NCBI GenBank assembly: GCA_965219855.1
Contig: CBDCOR010000029.1
Location: 28,886 to 92,885, forward strand
Length of the DNA: 64,000 bases
Reading direction: 5' to 3'
DNA from: Acidobacteriota bacterium
GTDB taxonomy: Bacteria; Acidobacteriota; UBA6911; RPQK01; JAJDTT01
Shown here: positions 10,054 to 18,533 of the stretch, piece after piece
Numbering within the stretch: the stretch's first letter is position 1
Layout: each line of letters opens with the position of its first letter
Notes under the pieces: generated by a model
The model's input: the letters and a program-made list of their open reading frames with translations, nothing else
Database searches by the model: none
What the model was told of the DNA's origin: nothing
Made by a program: the position numbers and the translations under genes

Positions 10054-10656
10054 ATGGCAAGGGACGGATATTACTTCATTACTCCCCTCTTTCTCCTAGC
10101 GGCCGTTTCCTTCTATTTCGGCTTAACACCAATTGGAATCATCCTTTTCTGCCTGGGGCTCTTTGTGGCGTTCTTCTTCCGCGATCCAGAGCGGAAGATT
10201 CCCTACGAACCCAATGCGATTGTGAGTCCAGCCGATGGCAAGATCGTTCGAATTGATGCGGACGAAAAGGGCTCAATGGTCTGCATCTTCCTTTCCGTTT
10301 TTGATGTCCACGTGAACCGCGCGCCCATCGGCGGCGTGATTGCCAAGCGCGACTACCAACGAGGCAGCTTTCTGGTGGCCTATGATGATCGAGCTTCGGT
10401 AGAGAACGAACGGCTAGAGCTATGTATCAGTGGTGATCGCGAATTGACGTTTCGTCTGATCGCCGGCATCGTGGCGCGCCGCATCGTAGTCTGGAAGCAA
10501 CAAGGGGACCGCGTGGAGAAGGGTGATAGAATAGGTCTGATCCGGTTCGGCAGCCGTGTGGACATCCTTCTGCCATCAGCTTGTGAGGTGGCAGTCAAGG
10601 AGGGCGACCGGGTTTCGGGTGGCAGCAGTATTCTGGCTTATTGGAAGGATACTTGA
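10054..10656 (+). CDS. psd: phosphatidylserine decarboxylase family protein (short form)
   Basis: 200 aa with two N-terminal TM helices and an FGSRVD self-cleavage (G-S) site. Its stop overlaps the pssA start. Confidence 0.85.
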   Translation: MARDGYYFITPLFLLAAVSFYFGLTPIGIILFCLGLFVAFFFRDPERKIPYEPNAIVSPADGKIVRIDADEKGSMVCIFLSVFDVHVNRAPIGGVIAKRDYQRGSFLVAYDDRASVENERLELCISGDRELTFRLIAGIVARRIVVWKQQGDRVEKGDRIGLIRFGSRVDILLPSACEVAVKEGDRVSGGSSILAYWKDT

Positions 10657-11456
10657 TGAAAGGGCGAAAGAAGTCTCTGGAGCGGGAAGCCAGGGATGTA
10701 TTCAAGCCAGGCAGGCACCTGCGAAGAAGTGTCTATTTGATTCCTTCGCTTTTCACGGTTGCCAACATGTTCGCAGGGTTCTTCGCCCTGGTGTCCACGC
10801 TCAACGCAGACTACGAGGCGGCCGCGGTTGCGATTGGAATCGCCGTGCTTCTGGATGGGCTGGACGGTTGGGTAGCCCGTCTTGCCAACGCCGACAGTGA
10901 TTTTGGCTTGCAGCTTGACTCCTTAGCCGATGTAATCAGCTTTGGAATCGCGCCAGCGATCCTCATCTATTCCTGGGGCTTATCCGAGTTCGGAAACTTT
11001 GCCCGCTTTTCTGCATTTGTTTTCTTGATCTGCGGCGCCATGCGCCTGGCTCGCTTCAACGTCCAGGTGCAGGATTTGAAGAGCTTCGCAGGCCTCCCGA
11101 TTCCAGCGGGGGCCAGTTTCGTGGCGGCCACGATTCACTTTTTCGGGGATCCTCCGGCCTCGAATATGCTCAAGTACTACCTTGTCGGCGCGACCTATCT
11201 GGTGGCCCTACTGATGATCAGCACCATACGATACCCGTCGCTCAAACAACTCAATCTGGGGCGGGGAAAATCCCACCTGTTCGTCCTGATGCTAGCGCTG
11301 GTGGTAGCGGCCGTGATCCTCTACTCTCGGCAGGCCTTCATGGTCCTTACCAGCGTCTACTTGGGCAGTGGTCTGGTGATCCGGGGACTTCATTTCTTCA
11401 GGCATCGATGGGCTCGGACCGATCGCCTGCAGAGACAGGAAGCCCAGTCGGACTGA
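10656..11456 (+). CDS. pssA: CDP-diacylglycerol--serine O-phosphatidyltransferase
   Basis: CDP-alcohol phosphatidyltransferase motif DGLDGWVARL...G..LDSLADVISFG. I prefer the ATG at 10656 (ATGA overlap with psd) over the TTG at 10641. Confidence 0.88.
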   Translation: MKGRKKSLEREARDVFKPGRHLRRSVYLIPSLFTVANMFAGFFALVSTLNADYEAAAVAIGIAVLLDGLDGWVARLANADSDFGLQLDSLADVISFGIAPAILIYSWGLSEFGNFARFSAFVFLICGAMRLARFNVQVQDLKSFAGLPIPAGASFVAATIHFFGDPPASNMLKYYLVGATYLVALLMISTIRYPSLKQLNLGRGKSHLFVLMLALVVAAVILYSRQAFMVLTSVYLGSGLVIRGLHFFRHRWARTDRLQRQEAQSD

Positions 11457-11647
11457 GTCCGCTGTCCCCCAAGTCGCTCGCGGGACCAGCTGGCGCTAGG
11501 TCATTCGCTACAAAGGTTCCAGGAGCTATCGCCTACAGCCTCGGTGTAGATCGTGTCGTCATGAGCTCGTAGCTGCATTCGATTTCGATAAAGTTCCAGT
11601 CCAGTCCCGCCAGGAAGCGCTGGCCCCATGATAGCAGCGTGTCCGTT

Positions 11648-11704
11648 GTAGGATGGGCACTCCTGCCCGTCAAGTCCACCGACGGGCAAGAATCCCCATC
11701 CTAC
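11648..11704. repeat. long imperfect palindrome (GTAGGATGGGCACTCCTGCCCGTC ... GACGGGCAAGAATCCCCATCCTAC)
   Basis: 24-nt arms with 21/24 complementary positions and a 9-nt loop. A related palindrome lies at 60771-60827. Confidence 0.8.
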
Positions 11705-11852
11705 GCCGGTCACTGCTCGATGAAGTTTCGGCTCAGTGGTAGCTATTTTCGCGACTCAGGATATAATCTATCGACTCTGATGCAGCCATGGTCTCTTGAA
11801 CTGATGACTGCTGGCGGTATGACCGCTGATCGAGCGTTCGAAGAAGGTCAAT

Positions 11853-13220
11853 ATGCATACCCAGAAGGTTCAACTGCTGGCTCAGTCGGTCAAGAGACTG
11901 CTGCGCAGGAATGCGTATGAGCATGTGACCAACCTGCTCTCGAAGCTCCGCCCTGGAGACATTTCCCATATCATGCTGGAACTGCGACCAGTCCAGCAGC
12001 ACCGGGTATTTTCACTTCTTACGAAGAGAGACAGGGAACTGGCAGGCGAAACGCTGACCGATCTCGGCATTGACCGCGCCATGAGCCTGCTAGAGGAATT
12101 TTCCAGCGACGAAGTAGCAGAGGTTCTCGAGGCCCTCGAGAGCGACGACGCTGCCCAGTTCATCTCCGCCCTGCCCGAAGTCCGCGCTCAGGAAGTTCTC
12201 GAGCGTATGAGGGTCGAAGAATCGGTGGAGGTACAGGGTCTCCTCGAATACGAAGAGGAAACGGCTGGGCGAATCATGACACCCAACGTTTTGTCGTTTC
12301 GAGAAGAGGTTTCCATCGGTAAGGCAATTCATACGATTCAGACTACGCAGGATCTGGAGATGGTCTTCTACGTCTACGTGATTGACGCGCGCAATCATCT
12401 GGTCGGGGTTGTCTCTTTGCGGGAGCTCTTGATGGCTCCTCCGAGTACACCGCTCAAGAAGATCATGGCGACCGATGTTCTCTCAGTTGCTGCCGAGACC
12501 GACCAGGAAGAGGTCGCTCGTCAGGTGGCGCTGTATGACTTACTGGCCATCCCCGTGGTGGACCACGAGAACAAGCTGGTAGGTGTCATTACAGTCGACG
12601 ATGTTATCGATGTCATCAAGGACGAAGCCACTGAGGATATCTTCTACATGGCGGGGGTTGAAACCGACGACCGAATCGATACTCCTCCCTGGAAATCGGT
12701 CGGAAAGCGCCTGCCCTGGTTGCTCCTCAACCTCTTTACGGCGCTGTTGGCGGCGACAGTGGTTGCCATCTATGAGCCCACTATCTCCCGCTTTTCCTTC
12801 TTGGCTGTTTTCCTGCCCGTCGTTGCAGGTATGGGCGGCAACTCCGGGACCCAGACCCTAACCATCATTGTGCGCGGGCTTGCGCTCGGTGAGGTCACCT
12901 GGGAGAACAGTAAGAGCGCTCTATTGAAGGAGTTACTCGTAGGAGTTGCCAACGGTGCTGCCCTCGGACTCCTGGCGGGAGCGATCGCGTATGCCTGGAA
13001 GGGCAATCTGGTACTAGGGCTCATTCTCAGTGGTGCTTTGATCATCAACATCTTTATCGCCGGAATTGTTGGCACCCTGATTCCCTTGGCCCTGCAGAAG
13101 ATGAATGTCGACCCGGCCATCGCCTCCAGCATCATCTTGACTACCTTCACCGACTTCGTTGGCTTTCTTTCCTTCCTGGGACTTGCGACCTTTCTTCTTC
13201 AATCTTTGACCGGTCTATGA
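11853..13220 (+). CDS. mgtE: magnesium transporter MgtE
   Basis: 455 aa with an MgtE N-domain, a CBS pair and a C-terminal TM domain (..GMGGNSGTQTLTIIVRGLALGEV..). Confidence 0.93.
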   Translation: MHTQKVQLLAQSVKRLLRRNAYEHVTNLLSKLRPGDISHIMLELRPVQQHRVFSLLTKRDRELAGETLTDLGIDRAMSLLEEFSSDEVAEVLEALESDDAAQFISALPEVRAQEVLERMRVEESVEVQGLLEYEEETAGRIMTPNVLSFREEVSIGKAIHTIQTTQDLEMVFYVYVIDARNHLVGVVSLRELLMAPPSTPLKKIMATDVLSVAAETDQEEVARQVALYDLLAIPVVDHENKLVGVITVDDVIDVIKDEATEDIFYMAGVETDDRIDTPPWKSVGKRLPWLLLNLFTALLAATVVAIYEPTISRFSFLAVFLPVVAGMGGNSGTQTLTIIVRGLALGEVTWENSKSALLKELLVGVANGAALGLLAGAIAYAWKGNLVLGLILSGALIINIFIAGIVGTLIPLALQKMNVDPAIASSIILTTFTDFVGFLSFLGLATFLLQSLTGL

Positions 13221-13858
13221 ACCAGCACCAGTCGGAGGCACTCACCCTAAGAACCTATCCCTACGCCGAGTCCCACAAGATCGTGGTGTTTCTGACTCGG
13301 AGCTTCGGCAAACTGAGGGGGATAGCGCACGGTGCCAAGAAGCCCAAGAGTCGCTTCGGAGCAAGCCTGGAAACACTGACACGTCTGCAGGTTACCTTCC
13401 GCCGCAAGGAGCATCAAGAGCTGGCTGTGATTCAGAACTGCGAGGTAATCCAGGTATGTCCGGCCTACGAGCTTTCCTGGGAAGGAAATGTGTATCTGGG
13501 ATACTTTGGCGAGCTCCTGCAGGAATTCAGCCGGGAGCAGGAAGAGAGTGAGAACCTGTTTCGGCTCGCAGTGGCGGTGCTGGATGTAATCGGGCAAGCT
13601 CAGATCGAAGTCCTGGCTCGCTATCTCGAGTTCTGGCTGCTGAGGCTGGAGGGCGTGCTGCCCCGACTGGAGGAGAAGCTGCCTGCTGAGTTAGCCCTGA
13701 AGACGCTGGAGATGCTAAAGCATCACCCTTCTGGCCTGGGGGCGGTCACGCTTACCGAAGCGGAGCTAAAAAGGTTAGCCAGCCTTTCTCGGAAGTTGAT
13801 AGAATACAACCTTGAAAAAACGCTTAAGTCGTGGAAGCTGTTGAAAGACTTGCTCTAG
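13217..13858 (+). CDS. recO: DNA repair protein RecO
   Basis: 213 aa. The N-terminal OB-fold pattern (ALTLRTYPYAESHKIVVFLTRSFGKLRGIAHGAKK) is typical of RecO. There is an ATGA overlap with mgtE. Confidence 0.88.
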   Translation: MNQHQSEALTLRTYPYAESHKIVVFLTRSFGKLRGIAHGAKKPKSRFGASLETLTRLQVTFRRKEHQELAVIQNCEVIQVCPAYELSWEGNVYLGYFGELLQEFSREQEESENLFRLAVAVLDVIGQAQIEVLARYLEFWLLRLEGVLPRLEEKLPAELALKTLEMLKHHPSGLGAVTLTEAELKRLASLSRKLIEYNLEKTLKSWKLLKDLL

Positions 13859-13883
13859 GAGCTTGGGGACGCCTTGGAAGAAT

Positions 13884-14104
13884 GAATCCTGAAAGGATTC
13901 CGTCCTCCAGCCCAGGGTTTTCGCACTCTGGGTACTTCGCGATTAAGTTCGGAGCCAACCCTGAAGGGGTTGCGTCAGGGGTGCTTGGATAAGGAATGGT
14001 GTCAGGATCTGGCCGCAACCCCCTTGGGGTTGAAATCTTGGAGGGGTGTCCAATACCCAGGGTTCAGAAACCCTGGGCTGAAAGACACAATCCCGTTGGG
14101 ATTG
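13884..14104. repeat. composite hairpin array (A-B-C-C'-B'-A' arrangement), copy 1
   Basis: Successive stem-loops: GAATCC-n-GGATTC, CCCAGGGTT-n-(degenerate), CAACCC-n-GGGTTG twice, CCCAGGGTT-caga-AACCCTGGG, and CAATCC-cgtt-GGATTG. It is homologous to 24496-24681. Confidence 0.85.
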
Positions 14105-14114
14105 ACCTCGATTG

Positions 14115-14975
14115 ATGTATACCTTTCAGGAGGTCGTTCATCGGCTCCTCAACTATTGGATGGAGTACGGTTGTGTCGTTCAGCAGCCCTACGATGTCGA
14201 AGTAGGAGCCGGCACGATGCACCCGGAGACTTTTCTGAGGGTGCTTGGCCCTGATCCCTATCAGGTCGTTTACGTCCAACCCTCCCGTCGGCCTGCGGAC
14301 GGGCGCTACGGAGAAAATCCCAACCGCCTGTACCGTCACTACCAACTTCAAGTCATCCTCAAGCCCCCTCCCGACGATGTTCAAGACATCTATCTGGACA
14401 GCCTCAGGCACGTAGGCGTGGAATTGGAGAAGCACGATCTTCGGTTCGAAGAGGATGACTGGGAAAGTCCGACGCTGGGAGCGTGGGGAGTGGGTTGGCA
14501 AGTCCTGCTGGATGGTCTCGAGATCACTCAGTTTACCTACTTTCAGCAGGCGGGCGGGGTGGATCTGATGCCAGTCTCCGCAGAGCTGACGTACGGCCTC
14601 GAACGAATCTCTACGTTCGTTGCCAGTCAGGAGAGTATTTTCAACCTGCAGTGGAATCGGCAGCTCACTTATGGAGACGTAAGGCAGACGGAGGAGTCCG
14701 AATTCTCTCGTTATAGCTTCGAGTTGGCCGACAAGGATCGGCTCTTCAGCCTGTTCAATATCTACGAACAAGAATGCCAAAGCTGTCTGGAGGCAGCCTG
14801 TGTTTTGCCCGCCTACGATTACTGTCTGAAGTGTTCGCACACCTTCAACTTGCTCGACAGTCGGGGTGCCATCAGCGTCACCGAGAGAGTGGCCCTGATC
14901 GCCCGAGTCCGCAACCTGGCCGTGAAGACGGCGGCTCTGTATCTGGAAGTCCATGGAGCACAAGTTTCTATTTGA
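14115..14975 (+). CDS. glyQ: glycine--tRNA ligase subunit alpha
   Basis: [42 protein letters not shown] is the canonical GlyQ N-terminus. I prefer the ATG at 14115 over the TTG at 14112. Confidence 0.96.
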   Translation: MYTFQEVVHRLLNYWMEYGCVVQQPYDVEVGAGTMHPETFLRVLGPDPYQVVYVQPSRRPADGRYGENPNRLYRHYQLQVILKPPPDDVQDIYLDSLRHVGVELEKHDLRFEEDDWESPTLGAWGVGWQVLLDGLEITQFTYFQQAGGVDLMPVSAELTYGLERISTFVASQESIFNLQWNRQLTYGDVRQTEESEFSRYSFELADKDRLFSLFNIYEQECQSCLEAACVLPAYDYCLKCSHTFNLLDSRGAISVTERVALIARVRNLAVKTAALYLEVHGAQVSI

Positions 14976-17025
14976 GTTGGGTGTGGAGGAGATCCCTGCA
15001 GATCTGATCTCCCCAGCTCTGGAACAGCTGAAAAGTAGCTTCGAAGATGTCTTGACGGAGAGTAGCGTCTCCTGGGGCTCGATTGCGACCTACAGTTCGC
15101 CGCGCCGCTTGGCGATTCTGATTGAGGGGCTGCCGGAGCAGCAGGCGACGCGCGAAGAACAGGCCGTCGGTCCTCCGGCGTCCAGAGGATTGGACAGCGA
15201 GGGACAGCCCAGCCAAGCAGCGAAAGGCTTTGCAAGGAGCCAAGGCATCGATGTGGCGCGTCTCCAACCCATCGAGACCGAGCGCGGACTCTATCTGGGT
15301 TTCAACCGACAGGTCGAGGGACAGCCCGTTCGGGACATCCTGGGCAGCAGCCTGGCAGATATGGTCCGCTCAATCTCCTGGCCGCGGAGTATGTACTGGG
15401 GCGAGAGTCGATTTCGATTCATCCGACCGCTGCGCTGGTATGTGGCGCTTTGGGACCAGACGGTGGTTCCCTTTGAGTTTGAGGGACTCCGATCCGGCAA
15501 CCTGACCCGGGGGCACCGCTTTCTCGGGGAGCAGGCAATTCCCATCGCCTCTGCCGACCAATACCTGGAGGGGCTGCGCGAGGGCTTCATATTGGTCGAT
15601 GTCCGAGAGCGCGAGGAGCGGATTATGAAAGAGCTTGAAGACCAGGTTCCCGAGGGGTTGTCTGTGCTGGAGGATGCTGCCCTGCTGCGCACGGTCACAC
15701 AGCTGAACGAGTATCCCAGTGTGCTCTGTGGGCGTTTTGACGAGATCTTCCTTGAGATTCCGAAAGAGGTCCTGGTGACGGTGATGCGTTATCACCAGAA
15801 GTACTTTTCTGTCGTCAACGAAGCTGAAGAGATCCAGCCCTATTTTCTCACGGTAGTGAACACTTCAGGTGATCCCGATGGGAGAATCCGCGAGGGGCAC
15901 GAACGGGTCCTGAAGGCGCGGCTCAAAGACGCGGCCTTTTTTTGGGAATCGGATCAGAAGGAATCGCTTCGAGAACGAACAGAGAAGCTGGATCAGATCC
16001 TTTTCCAGGAAGCACTGGGTAGCTACAAGAACAAGGCTGAGCGGATACGGACACTGTGTGCTCAGCTCCATCCCGACTCCGATCTCGAAACAGCCGCCTG
16101 GTTGTGCAAGGCGGATCTTACCACTGAAATGGTTCGGGAGCTAAGCGAGTTGCAGGGAGTCATGGGGGGCCTTTACGCTCGGCGCGAAGGTCATCCGGAG
16201 GAGGTCTGGAAACCGATATTAGAGCAGTATCGGCCTGCTTCGCTCGAGGACTTTCCTCCCTCTACCCTGGGAGGAGCCATCCTTTCGCTTACGGACAGGC
16301 TCGACACTGTGGTCGGGTGCTTCAGTGTCGACATCGTGCCGAGGGGTTCCGGCGATCCTTTCGGCCTTCGTCGGCAGGCCCTGGGGTTGGTCAGAATCCT
16401 CTTTGACTTCCAGTTGGAGTATTCTCTGGAGCTGCTGGTGGAGACAGCGCTCAAACTGTTTTCCGGCGAGAAATCGGAGGAGAAGACCCGAAAGGAAGTC
16501 CTGTCTTTTCTAGTAGGTCGAGTCCGTTACGTGTTCCAGAACAAGGGGCTGCCCTACGATGTCGTGAACGCCGTGCTCACGGTGGAAGGGGATAGCGTCT
16601 ATCGAACCTATGAAAAGGCGACTGCCCTTGCCGGCATTCGAGGCGAAGCGGACTTTGAGGCCCTGGCCACAGCCTTTAAGAGGATCAAGAATATTCTGGC
16701 CAAGGAAGTTGTGGATCCGGGGGAAGTATCGGTCTTGGATTTGCCAGAGCCAGAGGAGATTGAGCTCTACCAGACCTTCCAGCAGGTCGAGCCAAGAGTA
16801 GTCGATTTTGTGAGTCGAGGCGATTTCGTAGCGGCCCTCAAAGAGATGGCCGGTATACGATCGACGGTTGACCTCTTTTTCGAACGCGTTCTGGTGATGG
16901 CAGAGGAAGAGCGGCTCCGGAAAAATCGCCTGCGGCTGCTCGATCGGATCTCGAAACTGTTTTTGAGCATGGCTGATATCTCGGAAATCGTGCAGAAGGA
17001 GCCGGTTGGACCAGCTGGCGTATAG
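14953..17025 (+). CDS. glyS: glycine--tRNA ligase subunit beta
   Basis: 690 aa that overlaps the glyQ end and shows typical GlyS blocks ([26 protein letters not shown]). Confidence 0.95.
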   Translation: MEHKFLFELGVEEIPADLISPALEQLKSSFEDVLTESSVSWGSIATYSSPRRLAILIEGLPEQQATREEQAVGPPASRGLDSEGQPSQAAKGFARSQGIDVARLQPIETERGLYLGFNRQVEGQPVRDILGSSLADMVRSISWPRSMYWGESRFRFIRPLRWYVALWDQTVVPFEFEGLRSGNLTRGHRFLGEQAIPIASADQYLEGLREGFILVDVREREERIMKELEDQVPEGLSVLEDAALLRTVTQLNEYPSVLCGRFDEIFLEIPKEVLVTVMRYHQKYFSVVNEAEEIQPYFLTVVNTSGDPDGRIREGHERVLKARLKDAAFFWESDQKESLRERTEKLDQILFQEALGSYKNKAERIRTLCAQLHPDSDLETAAWLCKADLTTEMVRELSELQGVMGGLYARREGHPEEVWKPILEQYRPASLEDFPPSTLGGAILSLTDRLDTVVGCFSVDIVPRGSGDPFGLRRQALGLVRILFDFQLEYSLELLVETALKLFSGEKSEEKTRKEVLSFLVGRVRYVFQNKGLPYDVVNAVLTVEGDSVYRTYEKATALAGIRGEADFEALATAFKRIKNILAKEVVDPGEVSVLDLPEPEEIELYQTFQQVEPRVVDFVSRGDFVAALKEMAGIRSTVDLFFERVLVMAEEERLRKNRLRLLDRISKLFLSMADISEIVQKEPVGPAGV

Positions 17026-17121
17026 CAGCCGAAAAAAAGGAGTTGAAATGAGGCGGCATTTGAGCGAGATTGCCTACGTCCCGGCGATAGAGAGATACCT
17101 CGCTGGGCTGGGAGTCGCGGC

Positions 17122-18441
17122 ATGATCGCAAAAGGAGTTCAAATCGAAGATCCCAAAGGACGCCTAGGCGTTCTGCTGGTCGGTCTGGGCGCTGTCAGTA
17201 CGACCTTCATCGCCGGAGTAGAGGCGATCAAGAGAGGTCTGGGAGCGCCGATTGGGTCTTTGGCTGAAATGGGCACGATTCGTCTGGGAAAACGCACGGA
17301 AGCGCGCGTGCCTAGGATCCGCGACTTCGTCCGGCTAGCCGAGATGGACGATCTGGTGTTCGGTGCCTGGGACCTCTTTGAAGATGATGCCTATAAGGCG
17401 GCAGAAAAGGCAGGTGTGTTGGAGAAGGATCTGCTTAAGGAGTTGAGGCCAGTGCTGGAGCAGATTCGACCCATGAGAGCCGTTTTCGACAGCCGCTACG
17501 TCAAGAAACTTGACGGGACCTACGTCAAGCAAGGAAAGACACATTGGGATCTCGCCCAGCAGCTGATCGAAGAAATCCAGCAGTTCCAGGTCGCGAACCA
17601 GGTGGATCGCCTGGTCATGATCTGGTGTGGAAGCACCGAGGTGTTCATAGAGGAGGGTCCAGTCCACCAGACCCTCGAGGTTTTCGAGCAGGGATTGAGA
17701 GCTAGCGATCCAGGGATCCCCTCCAGCATGATCTATGCCTATGCCGCGCTGAAGCTCAGCATCCCTTTTGCTAACGGAGCGCCCAACCTGACGCTAGACG
17801 TGCCCGCCCTGAGGGAGCTGGCACAACAGAATCAGGTTCCCATATGCGGGAAGGATTTCAAGACAGGGCAGACGTTGATGAAGACCATCATCGCTCCCGG
17901 CTTGAAGGCGCGGCTGCTTGGATTGTCAGGTTGGTTCTCCACCAACATCCTGGGAAATCGGGATGGAGAGGTGTTGGACGACCCTGGTTCCTTCAAAACC
18001 AAAGAGGAAAGCAAACTTTCAGTGCTGGAGTACATTCTTCAGCCCCAGGTTTATCCTGAGCTATATAAGGATTTTTACCATAAGGTCAGAATCAACTACT
18101 ATCCGCCCCGCAAGGACAACAAAGAGGGTTGGGACAATCTGGACATCTTCGGCTGGATGGGCTACCCGATGCAAATCAAGATTGATTTCCTGTGCCGCGA
18201 CAGCATTTTGGCTGCACCGATCGTCCTCGACCTGGTTCTCTTTCTGGATCTGGCGAAGCGATCGAAAATGCATGGGATTCAGGAGTGGCTTTCGTTCTAC
18301 TTCAAGAGCCCTATGACCTTGCCCGAACTGTACCCCGAGCACGACCTGTTTATCCAGCTGATGAAGCTGAAGAATACTCTGCGCCACCTGAAGGGTGAAG
18401 AGCCGATCACGCACCTGGGACTGGACTATTATTACCAATAA
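17122..18441 (+). CDS. ino1: inositol-3-phosphate synthase
   Basis: 439 aa with an NAD-binding N-terminus (VLLVGLGAVSTTFIAGV) and conserved MIPS core blocks (NGAPN, GKDFKTGQT, LGNRDG). Confidence 0.9.
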   Translation: MIAKGVQIEDPKGRLGVLLVGLGAVSTTFIAGVEAIKRGLGAPIGSLAEMGTIRLGKRTEARVPRIRDFVRLAEMDDLVFGAWDLFEDDAYKAAEKAGVLEKDLLKELRPVLEQIRPMRAVFDSRYVKKLDGTYVKQGKTHWDLAQQLIEEIQQFQVANQVDRLVMIWCGSTEVFIEEGPVHQTLEVFEQGLRASDPGIPSSMIYAYAALKLSIPFANGAPNLTLDVPALRELAQQNQVPICGKDFKTGQTLMKTIIAPGLKARLLGLSGWFSTNILGNRDGEVLDDPGSFKTKEESKLSVLEYILQPQVYPELYKDFYHKVRINYYPPRKDNKEGWDNLDIFGWMGYPMQIKIDFLCRDSILAAPIVLDLVLFLDLAKRSKMHGIQEWLSFYFKSPMTLPELYPEHDLFIQLMKLKNTLRHLKGEEPITHLGLDYYYQ

Positions 18442-18533
18442 ATTGCCGAGCTGATCCGTTCAGAGATTAGCGATCTCCCTGCCTTTCCCAGGGATGTCAC
18501 CAACACAGTTTAGACTTATTGTGGTCAGTTTGA

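Noticed and set aside
11457-11852. An M-box (Mg2+) riboswitch upstream of mgtE.
   Set aside because: I could not find the conserved M-box core sequences. The leader is instead occupied by a palindromic repeat.
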